This document shows, piece after piece, positions 38,538 to 48,596 of a DNA stretch of 64,000 nt. Positions within the stretch are counted from its first letter, which is position 1. Each line of letters begins with the position of its first letter. The position numbers and the translations under genes were made by a program. Location: the NCBI GenBank assembly GCA_964604875.1, contig CAZSAC010000001.1, forward strand, positions 30,730-94,729. Direction: 5' to 3'. The notes under the pieces were generated by a model, which was not told where the DNA came from, did not search any database, and saw only the letters and a program-made list of their open reading frames with translations. This DNA is from an uncultured Bacteroidaceae bacterium. GTDB taxonomy: Bacteria; Bacillota; Clostridia; Christensenellales; CAG-917.

Positions 38538-39515
38538 TTATAACATATCTCTTGCTGCTTTTAACAGCTTATCAACAACGTCTTCATAAAACCCCGACAG
38601 TCTACAGCCGGCAGCTTTAGCGTGTCCACCGCCACCGAAAACAGCGGCTATTTGAGAGGCGTCAATATCGTTCTTTGTGCGAATACTCACTCTAAAATAT
38701 TTGTCGTAAACCTCCGCAACAGAGAATGCAATCTTAACACTATTGACATTTATTAAATCAACTATAACGCCTTCGGTATCTTCTGAAGACGTATTAGTTT
38801 CTTTAAAGTCGTCAGTTCTAAAAGTTAAAATACCAACTTTATTTTCCTCAAAAAACTTAGCATTATTCAACACTTTGTTTTTAAGCTTAAATTGGTTAAC
38901 ACTTTTATTTTTTATCAAATTATAAATTGCCACGTCTGCCAAAAAATCATATTTTTTTAGTTCTGATGCAATCCATAATGTTTCCGCTGTCGTATTGGAA
39001 AAAGAAAAACAACCGCTATCGGTAACTATGCCCGAGAAAATCAACTCGGCTATTTTTTCATCAACAAGCTGAATCTCGTTCTGCTTTTCCAATTTTTTTA
39101 TAACCCAATAAATTAACTCCGCCGTTGCCGAAGCGCTACTGTCGCAAAGCGTATAATCTGCAAATTTTGCGTTTGTTTTATGATGGTCTATTACCAAACG
39201 CTCGTCAGACTTATTAAAATATTTTCCTACATAGTTAAACCTTTCTGCGTCAGAACAGTCTATTGCAACAGCAAGCTCGTATTTTTTCATTCCGCCGACA
39301 TTTACGATGTCTGAATATGGCAGAAAACTTAACTTAGACGGCAAGTTATCATCGCAAAAAACTTCTGCGGTTTTACCCAGTTTTTTTAGCGCAACAGCCA
39401 ACGCAATGGCAGAGCATATTGTATCGCCATCGGGATTAGCGTGACAGATTAACGCAACGGTTTTGGCTTTATTTAAATAGTCAGTCGTTTTTTCGATTTT
39501 GACCTCATCAATCAT
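38538..39515 (-). CDS. nrnA: DHH/DHHA1 phosphoesterase (NrnA-like oligoribonuclease/pAp phosphatase)
   Basis: 325 aa; HANPDGD, DHH (IDHH), GGGGH motifs. Confidence 0.82.
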   Translation of the reverse strand: MIDEVKIEKTTDYLNKAKTVALICHANPDGDTICSAIALAVALKKLGKTAEVFCDDNLPSKLSFLPYSDIVNVGGMKKYELAVAIDCSDAERFNYVGKYFNKSDERLVIDHHKTNAKFADYTLCDSSASATAELIYWVIKKLEKQNEIQLVDEKIAELIFSGIVTDSGCFSFSNTTAETLWIASELKKYDFLADVAIYNLIKNKSVNQFKLKNKVLNNAKFFEENKVGILTFRTDDFKETNTSSEDTEGVIVDLINVNSVKIAFSVAEVYDKYFRVSIRTKNDIDASQIAAVFGGGGHAKAAGCRLSGFYEDVVDKLLKAARDML

Positions 39516-39858
39516 TTTTTATAACACCTTTAAGCAGTCTGTCAATTTTCATACCGTATTCGATACTGTCGTCTAAGACAAAACTCAGGTCGGGCATATT
39601 TCTTATGTTCATCAAACTTTTAAGCTCATTTCTAATGAAGCCTGCAGCATTGGAAATAGTTTTCATTGCTTCTGCTTTATTTTCGATATTTAAAAGACTG
39701 ACATATATCTTGCTATACTTTAAATCCGAGGTTGTTGAAACTTTGGTAATTGAAATCAACCCACCCTGTAAGCGTGGGTCGTTCAATTTGTGCTGTATTA
39801 TTGCGGCGGTTTGTTTTTCAATTTCCGCATTGATACGACTTATTTTATTATTACTCAT
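39508..39858 (-). CDS. rbfA: Ribosome-binding factor A
   Basis: 116 aa; DPRL...[18 protein letters not shown] pattern; follows infB. Confidence 0.9.
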   Translation of the reverse strand: MSNNKISRINAEIEKQTAAIIQHKLNDPRLQGGLISITKVSTTSDLKYSKIYVSLLNIENKAEAMKTISNAAGFIRNELKSLMNIRNMPDLSFVLDDSIEYGMKIDRLLKGVIKND

Positions 39859-42553
39859 TTATTTGCTCCATAACGAATGCCTCGATTACGTCGCCCTCTT
39901 TAATATCGTTAAAGTTAACAATACTCATACCGCATTCATAGCCTTTAGCCACTTCTTTTGCGTCGTCTTTGAAACGCTTTAAGCTATCGAGTTCGCCCTC
40001 GAAGACAAAGTTATTATCACGATATAATCTAACTTTTGCGTTTCTGGTAATCTTTCCGTCAGTCACATAGCAACCTGCAACCGTACCGACACCCGTGATT
40101 TTATATACCTGTCTAACTTCAGCGTTTCCAAGCGTAACCTCTTTAAATTTAGGCGCAAGCATACCTTTTATTGCCGCAGATACGTCATCGATTGCGTCAT
40201 AAATTACCCTATATAATCTAATATCGATTCCGTCACGCTCAGCAGTAGCCTTAGCTTTTGCGTCAGCTCGAACGTTAAAGCCAATAATGATTGCGTTTGC
40301 AGTATTTGCAAGCATAACGTCCGAGTCATTGATTGCGCCGACTGCGCCGTGTATCACCGCTATAGTGACTTCATCGTTAGTCAGTTTTACCAAGGATTGT
40401 TTTACCGCTTCCACACTGCCTTGAACGTCGGCTTTAATAATGATATTTAAGGATTTCGATTCACCTTGTTTGATTTTTGCAAAAATGTCATCAAGCGAGG
40501 TGGACGCCTTTGTAGCGTTAATCTCACTTCTAATTTTCAGTTGCCTTTCATTGGCAACTTGTTTTGCAAGTTTTTCGTCCCCTACAACAGAAATCGGGTC
40601 GCCCGCATTTGGCACTTCTGAAAAACCGATAACCGATACGGGAATTGACGGACCTGCGGATTTTATATTTTTTCCTTTATCGTCAATCATTGCTCTGATT
40701 TTACCAACACAAATACCGGCAACAACAAAATCGCTTATCTTTAAAGTACCGTTTTGAACCAAAACCGTTGCAAGCGGTCCCTTGCCCTTATCAAGTCTTG
40801 CTTCGATAATAGTACCTCTGGCATTTCTATCGGGATTAGCTTTAAGCTCTAACATTTCCGCAACCAATAAAACGGTTTCCAAAAGCTTGTTAATGTTTTC
40901 ACCTGTTTTTGCAGAAACATACACAACAGGGGTATCACCGCCCCATTCTTCAGGGACAAGCTCGTGTTCCGTCAGTTGTTGCAAAACACGTTCCGGTTGC
41001 GCGCCTGTCTTATCAATTTTATTGACGGCGATAATTATAGATACGCCGGCAAGCTTTGCGTGATTTATTGCCTCTATCGTTTGTGGCATAATACCGTCGT
41101 CAGCGGCAACTACTATAATTGCTATATCAGTTACTTGAGCGCCCCTCATACGCATTGACGTAAACGCTTCGTGACCGGGAGTGTCTAAAAACGTGATGGG
41201 TTTATTGTTTAGAGAAACAGTATACGCGCCGATGTGCTGCGTGATTCCGCCTGCCTCGCCTGCGGTAACATTCGCCTTTCTGATGTAGTCCAACAAAGAT
41301 GTTTTACCGTGGTCAACGTGCCCCATAATTGTAACAACCGGCGGACGTGTAACAAGGTTATCCTCGTCGTCGCTGTCGGTTTCCGTTTCGATATCAAACA
41401 ATTTATCCTCAGCAGTTTTTTCGGGCTCATAGCTTAGGGTAACGCCAAGCTCCGTGGCAACTAAGTCCGCGGTATCAAAATCGATTACGTCGTTAATTGT
41501 TTTCAAAATGCCCAAAACCATAAGCTGTTTCAATATCTCGCCGCCTGTTTTGCCGATTTTCTCGCTTAAGGTTTTGATAGTGACAAATTCCGATGTTATT
41601 ACAGCGCTTTCAATTTTGGTTGAAGTTGGCAAAATAAACTCATTTTTCTTGGAGGAACGATGCTTAAAATGACGCGCGGTTTCATTACCCTCCTCGTCAT
41701 AAACCACTTGGTCGTTTACAATATATCCTTTACGAATCAAAGCGCGCTTGTTTTGAGCTTTTTTATCTTCAATAGCCTGTTGAGCAGGAGTTTTTTTCTG
41801 CACAGTCTTTTGTTGATAGCCCGGCTTTGTTGCAATAGGCGTAGGAGTGGCCGCTGAAAATCTGGGAGCATTGCCACCTTGACGAGGCGAGGTTGAACCT
41901 CCTTGTCTAGGCGCATTTGCGCCGTTGGGACGATTTTGTCCGCCTTGGAAGTTTTGCCCGTTTTGTGGGCGATATTGTCCATTTTGTTGCGGTCTTTGTT
42001 GTCCGTTATTTTGATAAGGCGGACGAGACTGACCGTTTTGCGTCGGGCGCGATTGTCCTGATTGTCCGTTCTGTTGAGGACGGTATTGCGGATTTTGAGG
42101 TCTTTTCTGAGGATTGTTTGTAGAATTATCAAAAATTCTTGTTTGAACGTTTTCCCGAACGACAGGTTGCTCGATGACCGCGGGAGCCTCCGGCTCAGCC
42201 TCGATTATCGGTGTGACAACCTCAACGGGTTTTTCTTCAACAATAGGCGCTTCCTCAACAATTTTGGGAACAGCTATAACTTCTTCCTCAATTATTTCAG
42301 GTTGCTTATCTTTCTCTTTTTCTGCTTTCTTCGCAAGCTCCTCTGCCTGACGTTGCTCCTCGAGTTTTCGGGCATTTTCCATATCGATAATCTTGCGGGA
42401 CTTAATGTCCAACAATGATTGAGTTAAGTTTTCGATTTTGTCTCTGACCTCTGAAGCGTGTTGCAAGGTTTTTGCAAGTCTATCTTGCCTAAACCCCAAA
42501 AGAGCTTTCACGCCACTTGATTCAGATTGAGTCTTTCCTGTGTTTTCTGCCAT
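39851..42553 (-). CDS. infB: Translation initiation factor IF-2
   Basis: 900 aa; G-domain [22 protein letters not shown]-rich low-complexity N-terminal region. Confidence 0.96.
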   Translation of the reverse strand: MAENTGKTQSESSGVKALLGFRQDRLAKTLQHASEVRDKIENLTQSLLDIKSRKIIDMENARKLEEQRQAEELAKKAEKEKDKQPEIIEEEVIAVPKIVEEAPIVEEKPVEVVTPIIEAEPEAPAVIEQPVVRENVQTRIFDNSTNNPQKRPQNPQYRPQQNGQSGQSRPTQNGQSRPPYQNNGQQRPQQNGQYRPQNGQNFQGGQNRPNGANAPRQGGSTSPRQGGNAPRFSAATPTPIATKPGYQQKTVQKKTPAQQAIEDKKAQNKRALIRKGYIVNDQVVYDEEGNETARHFKHRSSKKNEFILPTSTKIESAVITSEFVTIKTLSEKIGKTGGEILKQLMVLGILKTINDVIDFDTADLVATELGVTLSYEPEKTAEDKLFDIETETDSDDEDNLVTRPPVVTIMGHVDHGKTSLLDYIRKANVTAGEAGGITQHIGAYTVSLNNKPITFLDTPGHEAFTSMRMRGAQVTDIAIIVVAADDGIMPQTIEAINHAKLAGVSIIIAVNKIDKTGAQPERVLQQLTEHELVPEEWGGDTPVVYVSAKTGENINKLLETVLLVAEMLELKANPDRNARGTIIEARLDKGKGPLATVLVQNGTLKISDFVVAGICVGKIRAMIDDKGKNIKSAGPSIPVSVIGFSEVPNAGDPISVVGDEKLAKQVANERQLKIRSEINATKASTSLDDIFAKIKQGESKSLNIIIKADVQGSVEAVKQSLVKLTNDEVTIAVIHGAVGAINDSDVMLANTANAIIIGFNVRADAKAKATAERDGIDIRLYRVIYDAIDDVSAAIKGMLAPKFKEVTLGNAEVRQVYKITGVGTVAGCYVTDGKITRNAKVRLYRDNNFVFEGELDSLKRFKDDAKEVAKGYECGMSIVNFNDIKEGDVIEAFVMEQINE

Positions 42554-42572
42554 TTATTTACCTCCGCAACAG

Positions 42573-42875
42573 TCACGCATTTTCATTTTTGATAATAGCG
42601 TTCGCCAATTCCATATCGGTGACGGCTATTACCTTACAATTTTGCTTCTTTAAAATACCCTCCAAGGTTTGTTCCTTTAAGACAATCAGCGGAGAATTCG
42701 TTTTTTCGCAATACGCCTTAATTTGCTTGGACGTATTCTCCCCTGCGCTTGAGCAAAGAATAATGACTCTATGACGTTTTCCTCGTTTTGTAATCGAATC
42801 TACGCCAAAAATAATTTTTCCTGCCCTTGCGGCAAACCCTATATAGCTTTCAATTTTCGGTATCAGTGAAGTCAT
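42573..42875 (-). CDS. ylxQ: L7Ae-family (K-turn binding) protein YlxQ
   Basis: 100 aa; GFAARAGKIIFG pattern of the L7Ae/YlxQ family; nusA-ylxR-ylxQ-infB context. Confidence 0.8.
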   Translation of the reverse strand: MTSLIPKIESYIGFAARAGKIIFGVDSITKRGKRHRVIILCSSAGENTSKQIKAYCEKTNSPLIVLKEQTLEGILKKQNCKVIAVTDMELANAIIKNENA

Positions 42876-43116
42876 TTAATATTTTCTCATATACGGCGTC
42901 GTCAACTAAGCAATCAAAAACCTTATTCAAAAACTTCTTTGACACGCATTTTTTAATACAGTTTATATCCTTGCAGATATATGCGCCCCTTCCTCTCATT
43001 TTGCCCGTTAAATCCAATGCGATTGTATCTTCGGATTTAACAATGCGTACCAGTTCATTTTTTGGACGCATCGTACGGCAAACGACACACATACGCATAG
43101 GCACGTTTTTAGTCAT
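42850..43116 (-). CDS. ylxR: YlxR/RnpM (DUF448) RNA-binding protein
   Basis: 88 aa; PMRMCVVCR...RIV and GRGAYIC motifs. Confidence 0.82.
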   Translation of the reverse strand: MTKNVPMRMCVVCRTMRPKNELVRIVKSEDTIALDLTGKMRGRGAYICKDINCIKKCVSKKFLNKVFDCLVDDAVYEKILNDFTDTEN

Positions 43117-44221
43117 CGGTTTCCTCTTTCAAAGCAGCCTCTGTTTCTTCGCTTAGAGGAGCAAACTCTTTCATAACTGCGCTATATGGCTTAACGTCGA
43201 TTCTCCAGCCTGTCAATTTAGCGGCTAGTCTGGCGTTTTGACCTTGTTTGCCGATAGCAAGCGACAGCTTTTCGTCGGATACCACAACTCGCGCGGACTT
43301 TTCTTCCTCATTAATTTGAACCATTTGGACAGGAGCGGGGCTAAGCGCGCGGGCAACATATTCCAAAGGGTCTGCGCAATATGCGATGACGTCGATTTTT
43401 TCACCGTTTAGTTCTGCAACGATTGCGTTAACGCGGGAACCTTTAGGTCCGATACAAGCGCCGATAGCATCAACCGACGCGTCGTCGCTTGAAACAGCAA
43501 TCTTGGTGCGGTAGCCAGCTTCTCTAACAATGCTGTTTACTTTTACTAAGCCACTGCGAATTTCGGGAACTTCAAGTTCAAAAAGTCTTTTGACAAAGCC
43601 GGCTGCCGCCCTTGAAACGACAACTTGCGCGCCATAGTTGGTTGTACGAACTTTTTTTACAAATACCTTTACAACATCGTTGATTTCCAAGCGTTCACCG
43701 GGGACTTGGTCGGGCAATGCAAGCACGCCTTCCATTTGGTTTCCGGAAATTTCAACAAAAACGTTTGAGCCCTCTTTCTTTCTTACGATTGCGCTGAGAA
43801 TTTCCCCTTCGCGTTGCGTCATTTCGTTCATAACGATATCACGTCGAGCGTCGTTCAAACGTTGCATAATAACTTGTTTAGCCGTTTGAGCGGCAATACG
43901 TGAAAATGCGCGAGGAGTAATATCCTCCAACACGATATCGCCAAGCTTATAACTTATCTTATATTCTCTTGCTTCTTCCAAGGATATTTCCTTGTCGGGG
44001 TCTTCGACGGTTTCCACAACCTGTCTGTATGCAAAGATTCTTATAGTACCGCGGTCCTCGTCGGCGCGAACGGTAATCTGACGTGTCTCGCCTGTCTCTT
44101 TTTTATAGGCGAATAATATACCCGCCTCCAGAGCTTCGATAAGTTTATCTCGACTGATTTTCTTTTCTCTTTCTAAAATGTCAAGTGCGTCAAAAAACTC
44201 TTTGTAATCCTTATTACCCAT
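43109..44221 (-). CDS. nusA: Transcription termination/antitermination factor NusA
   Basis: 370 aa; N-terminal domain, S1, two KH domains (GACIGPKGSRV, AIGKQGQNARLA). Confidence 0.96.
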   Translation of the reverse strand: MGNKDYKEFFDALDILEREKKISRDKLIEALEAGILFAYKKETGETRQITVRADEDRGTIRIFAYRQVVETVEDPDKEISLEEAREYKISYKLGDIVLEDITPRAFSRIAAQTAKQVIMQRLNDARRDIVMNEMTQREGEILSAIVRKKEGSNVFVEISGNQMEGVLALPDQVPGERLEINDVVKVFVKKVRTTNYGAQVVVSRAAAGFVKRLFELEVPEIRSGLVKVNSIVREAGYRTKIAVSSDDASVDAIGACIGPKGSRVNAIVAELNGEKIDVIAYCADPLEYVARALSPAPVQMVQINEEEKSARVVVSDEKLSLAIGKQGQNARLAAKLTGWRIDVKPYSAVMKEFAPLSEETEAALKEETDD

Positions 44222-44282
44222 TTTTATATTCCTCCTGCCAAAATACAGCGAGCAAACTGTATTTCGGTGTTGTTTATTCTAA

Positions 44283-44759
44283 CTAAAATTTTATTGCAAC
44301 GGTTGCCTTTGTGACATTCTTTCTTTCTAGAACTGTTGTCAAAGATTGAGGTTTTAAAACTTCAATAGAAATTGTATCCGCATCAAATGCCAATAATTTT
44401 CCAACAAGCTTTTCTTTTTTTATGGTTTTATTTGCATCGGGTTGTTTTAAAACTATTTCCAACTCCTCGCCTAAGCGTCTGCGAAAATCGTCATCAGTTT
44501 TAAGTTGCCAGTCTAAGCCCATTGAGGAAACTTCAAGCGTATACGGCTTGTCCTCGGAAGGATTAAGCTCATCAAGAGGGGCATTAATTGCGTTATGAAT
44601 AGTTTCACAATCGGATAGTACCATTGCGCCTTGCTTCCAAATATATACGGTGATTGTATCCACGCCGTTAGGCTTATGGCATTTTACCGATACAAGCTCA
44701 TATCCAAGCGTGTCGATAATAGGCTTTATGACCTCTTCAATTTTTAAAACTTTATCCAT
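44283..44759 (-). CDS. rimP: Ribosome maturation factor RimP
   Basis: Start set at the second ATG (SD aggaga; MDKVLKIEEVIKPIIDTLGYELV aligns with RimP N-termini); 158 aa. Confidence 0.85.
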   Translation of the reverse strand: MDKVLKIEEVIKPIIDTLGYELVSVKCHKPNGVDTITVYIWKQGAMVLSDCETIHNAINAPLDELNPSEDKPYTLEVSSMGLDWQLKTDDDFRRRLGEELEIVLKQPDANKTIKKEKLVGKLLAFDADTISIEVLKPQSLTTVLERKNVTKATVAIKF

Positions 44760-44881
44760 ACAGTCTCCTATAAATGAACTAGAGCGAGCCATAGGCTCAC
44801 TCTAGTAAATGTACTATTTAGCATTTATATATTAACATATATTATTATTTATTGCAACTGATTTTATACCAAAAAACGCAA

Positions 44882-45529
44882 TTATCGCTGAGATAGATAA
44901 ACTCCAAGCTGCTCGGCGTCTGAAAATACCGGCCTATTTAGCTTAGACAATGTTTCAAGGCTGTTGTGCCCTCTGGCAATAAATACGCAGTCACAACCAA
45001 TCTCATCGGCAACCTCGGCGTCGTGGGCGGTATCGCCAACCATAACCGCCGTCGTTACATCAAACGGATGACCTAAAAGCCAATCCTGCGCAATTTCAAT
45101 TTTTCCCTTTGCATAAATGTTATCTAATCCGATTACGTCATCAAAATAATCTGATAAGCCGTAGTGGCTCAAAAGCTCAATTAAGCCGTCTTTTTTATAA
45201 GCCGACAAAATAATTTGCCTAATTTTTTGAGAATGAAGTTTTTTTATTAAACCGACGACGTCACTAAATACCGGCGCATTTTCGGCTTTAATATAATATT
45301 CCTTCATATACTCGTCCGCTAACGTTTCATAAGGCTCAATAGAATAATCAAATCCCGCTTTTTTATAATAATCTACAATAGGAAAACAAAATTTATCAAA
45401 ATAATCCGCCGAATTTTCAAATCGTTTCATATTTCGTCTGGTAAAAAGCTCGTTAATACTGTCGATTCCAATTTGGAGGTCATCTAATATTGTACCGTTC
45501 CAATCCCAAAATATTGTTTTATAGCCCAA
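44882..45529 (-). CDS. HAD-superfamily hydrolase (phosphatase-like)
   Basis: 215 aa; motif I IFWDWNGT (Asn at the D+2 position), motif IV VGDTAHD. Confidence 0.7.
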   Translation of the reverse strand: MGYKTIFWDWNGTILDDLQIGIDSINELFTRRNMKRFENSADYFDKFCFPIVDYYKKAGFDYSIEPYETLADEYMKEYYIKAENAPVFSDVVGLIKKLHSQKIRQIILSAYKKDGLIELLSHYGLSDYFDDVIGLDNIYAKGKIEIAQDWLLGHPFDVTTAVMVGDTAHDAEVADEIGCDCVFIARGHNSLETLSKLNRPVFSDAEQLGVYLSQR

Positions 45530-45552
45530 AAAACACCTCGCTATTTGTTTTA

Positions 45553-45585
45553 GAAAAAATATGGCTTATATCGCCATATTTTTTA
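45553..45585 (-). terminator. Hairpin terminator after the AOR gene
   Basis: aaaaaatatggc-loop-gccatatttttt, A/T runs on both sides. Confidence 0.6.
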
Positions 45586-45621
45586 AACTAATATTTATAT
45601 TTTATGTAGTTATTAAAAAAA

Positions 45622-47586
45622 TTATACCCTGCCCGTTTCTCGCGCTAAACGGCGTTTGTCTTTTTCAACCTCTTTTTGGAAGGATTTATCATCAAGCTTA
45701 AGCTTTTTCATTAGGCTGGGTTTAGGTATGCCGTTTTCATCCCATTGACGTGACTTATAAAATTTCTTTCTAAGTTTATCCATTGGGACTTTCGTCTTTT
45801 TATTTGAAGGGTCCTCGCATTCGTCGGTCAATTTTTTGGGAAGCTTATCCTGACTGCCTTGCAAACCTAAGCGGATATTCAACATTCTTTCCAAGTTCCA
45901 CCCACGTTTGCCAACCTTTAGAAAATCACCAATTTTATAATTCATACCCGTACAATGATTTATTGCAACGGGATAGGTTATCATACCTTCCAAATTCACC
46001 GCAAGCATACCCGGGTGATGGTTGATTAAATCAACAATACCACCGATATAAGGCGCTACTGCATTGACAATCCTTGTCGGTAAAAAGTTGGGTTTGGCAA
46101 TCAAAAAGCCCGGCAAAACCTGATATGACGTGAACAAGCAAGTGCCAGCGGCGGAAATTGCTTCCATAAAGTCTTGGAAAAATACCGTAAACGCAGCCTT
46201 TCCAAAAGGCGTAAGCTGATTTATGCTTAACCCCAAACCTTCTAATATAACCAAATAACCTGCGTTTAAGTGACAACCGCCACGGTTTGACGTTGCGTAT
46301 CCCAAGCCCATACCCACGGCGTGTCTTGGCTCGTATGCGGAAAGCTCCATACCTTTTACGTTTATGGCAAAGTCTGTTCCGCCGTATTTTTCTGCAAGCC
46401 AACGACTGCCCTCTGCAAGCTCGTCGCCGACACCACGACGCAACGCAATATCTTCAATTAGCTGTGAAATATTATCGATTTTCCCAAATTCTAAGCCTAA
46501 ATCTGCCATTCCTTTTTCTTTAAGCTCCATAGCAAAAGCCACAGTACCCGAAAAGGAAATTGTATCCATACCGTATTCGTCAAGCTCGTAATTCCACTTA
46601 AAAATGCTTTCTAAATCGCTGTTTAAAATATTCGGCCCCAATAAGCCCAAAATTTCCAACTCGGGACCTTTAACCGCCTTATTATCTACGTCAACAACTC
46701 TCGTACATTGAATCGGGCAAGATAGACAGCCCTTATTTTTTATCAAAAATTCTTCCGCAAGTCTTTCACCGCTGACTTTTTCAAAATCATCATAGGTGCC
46801 CTTGCTGAAGTTTTTGGTTGCCAAGATATGCTTTGCCTGCATCTGTGTAACTAAGCCCGCAGTCCCCAAACGAGGAAGCTGACTGCCTGTTAAAGGATGT
46901 TTTTTTAGCCTTGCAACCCAAGCTTTTGCAGTTTTTTGTAATTTTTCTTTATCGAAAGCCGTGTTGCCGATAGAGCCTTCAGCAGTGATAGCCTTAACGT
47001 TTTTACTGCCTAAAACCCCGCCGAGACCCGCGCGTCCGGCAGTCCTCTCATCGCTGAATAAGCCTGCGTATTTAACCCTATTTTCGCCGGCGGGTCCAAT
47101 AACAAGTTTACCGCATTTTCCGCCGATTTTTTCTTGAACTTCGCTAGTTTTAAGACCCCACAGTTCTGTCGCGTCTTCAAAAGTGATTTTGTCTCCGACA
47201 ATTTTAATAAGGGTTTTACCTTCTGCCTTGCCCGTTATAATAATGCCGTCGAAACCACACCGCTTCATCTGCATACCAAAAGGTCCGCCACAGTTTGAGG
47301 AAGCCACAAGCCCGGTTTGCGGAGATATCCCCGACACGTTAAAACGCGCGCTGGAAGGCAAGCCGTTGTTCGTAAAAGGACCGGTTGTGATAACCAAAAG
47401 ATTTTCCTCGCCATACGGGTCAATCTTATCTTTGATATTGTTATATAAAATTTTGGCAGCCATAACCTTGCCACCCAAAAAGAGACGTCTTTCGGTATCC
47501 GACCAAGGATAATCCGAGACTGTCTTTGTGGTTAAATCGATTTTTATTACTCTGCCGACATAGCCGCCGTATTTAGTATTACTCAT
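45622..47586 (-). CDS. aor: Aldehyde:ferredoxin oxidoreductase family (tungstopterin) enzyme
   Basis: 654 aa; AFOR N-domain, 4Fe-4S cysteines (CLSCPIQC), SNRGGCH motif. Confidence 0.87.
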   Translation of the reverse strand: MSNTKYGGYVGRVIKIDLTTKTVSDYPWSDTERRLFLGGKVMAAKILYNNIKDKIDPYGEENLLVITTGPFTNNGLPSSARFNVSGISPQTGLVASSNCGGPFGMQMKRCGFDGIIITGKAEGKTLIKIVGDKITFEDATELWGLKTSEVQEKIGGKCGKLVIGPAGENRVKYAGLFSDERTAGRAGLGGVLGSKNVKAITAEGSIGNTAFDKEKLQKTAKAWVARLKKHPLTGSQLPRLGTAGLVTQMQAKHILATKNFSKGTYDDFEKVSGERLAEEFLIKNKGCLSCPIQCTRVVDVDNKAVKGPELEILGLLGPNILNSDLESIFKWNYELDEYGMDTISFSGTVAFAMELKEKGMADLGLEFGKIDNISQLIEDIALRRGVGDELAEGSRWLAEKYGGTDFAINVKGMELSAYEPRHAVGMGLGYATSNRGGCHLNAGYLVILEGLGLSINQLTPFGKAAFTVFFQDFMEAISAAGTCLFTSYQVLPGFLIAKPNFLPTRIVNAVAPYIGGIVDLINHHPGMLAVNLEGMITYPVAINHCTGMNYKIGDFLKVGKRGWNLERMLNIRLGLQGSQDKLPKKLTDECEDPSNKKTKVPMDKLRKKFYKSRQWDENGIPKPSLMKKLKLDDKSFQKEVEKDKRRLARETGRV

Positions 47587-47662
47587 ATCGCCCCTATAAA
47601 TTTTTTATTATAAATATTGTAACAAAAATATTTGCATTACGCAAACAAAATTATGTCTAAGT

Positions 47663-48520
47663 TTAAAATGCGCAGTTATTTGGGTCAGAACCAAGCCTGC
47701 CAACGCCCACCGTTTCTGAAATATTATTTAAAATATCCATCTCAAACGCCTCAAGGTTAAAGTCAAATACGTCGATGTTTTCTTCAATGCGCGACGGCGT
47801 TACCGACTTTGGAATAGGCACAACGCCTTTTTGCAAGCACCATCTAAGCATAATCTGCGCGGGAGTTTTTTTGTATTTTCGGCTTAAAGTTTGTATTTCG
47901 TCTAAGTCAAAGGATTTTCCCTTGCATATAGGCGCCCACGCCTCAACAACCATATCTTTGGACTTTGCATAGTTTAAAACGTTTTCCCTATATAAACCAA
48001 TATGGTATTCAAATTGGTCAACCATAGGCATAATCGTGCAGTTATTTTCAAGAAAATCCAAATGGTTTTCCAAAAAATTGCTGACGCCTATAGCCCTGAC
48101 TCGCCCTTCGTTATATAAGCGTTCAAAGGCGCGCCAAGTATCATATATTTTTTCTTGCCAAATTTCTTTAAAATCAAAGGCAATCGGCCAGTGGATTAGG
48201 TATAAATCAAGATACTCCAAGCCCAATTTCGACATTGATGCGTCAAACGCTCTTAAGGTTGTGTCATAACCTTGGTCAGGGTTCCACAATTTGGTGGTTA
48301 TAAACAACTCTTTTCTGTCTAAATCACACTTATTTATTGCATTTCCAACGCTTTCCTCGTTATTATAACACCTCGCCGTGTCAATTAAGCGATAACCCGC
48401 TGAAATTGCTTTTAGTACGCCGTCCTCACAGATTTCACCTGCCGGAGTTTTAAAAGTGCCATACCCGATAATTGGCATTTGAACGCCGTTTTTTAGCGTA
48501 ATTTTATCAAAAATTTGCAT
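47663..48520 (-). CDS. Aldo/keto reductase
   Basis: 285 aa; GYRLIDTA..Y, LWN, LDLYLIHWP, IPKS..P.R motifs. Confidence 0.9.
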   Translation of the reverse strand: MQIFDKITLKNGVQMPIIGYGTFKTPAGEICEDGVLKAISAGYRLIDTARCYNNEESVGNAINKCDLDRKELFITTKLWNPDQGYDTTLRAFDASMSKLGLEYLDLYLIHWPIAFDFKEIWQEKIYDTWRAFERLYNEGRVRAIGVSNFLENHLDFLENNCTIMPMVDQFEYHIGLYRENVLNYAKSKDMVVEAWAPICKGKSFDLDEIQTLSRKYKKTPAQIMLRWCLQKGVVPIPKSVTPSRIEENIDVFDFNLEAFEMDILNNISETVGVGRLGSDPNNCAF

Positions 48521-48530
48521 AAGCCCTCAC

Positions 48531-48566
48531 AAAAAAATAATACCGACAAAGCTGTCAGTATTATTA
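48531..48566 (-). terminator. Rho-independent terminator after trpB
   Basis: 13-bp stem (one mismatch) aataataccgaca/tgtcagtattatt followed by uuuuuuu in minus-strand sense. Confidence 0.7.
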
Positions 48567-48596
48567 TATTGCATATAGCCTAAAATTACAATAGCT

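Noticed and set aside
41737-42418. Alternative-frame and antisense ORFs inside the infB N-terminal region, and the Q/N/G-rich repeats themselves as a special feature
   Set aside because: Low-complexity N-terminal domains are common and highly variable in IF-2. The extra ORFs are compositional artefacts.
46031-46402. Arg-rich 123-aa alternative-frame ORF within the AOR gene; likewise 25758-26090 within folD and 18724-18930 within nadK
   Set aside because: They are embedded in strongly supported conserved CDSs. Their composition is typical of off-frame translation.
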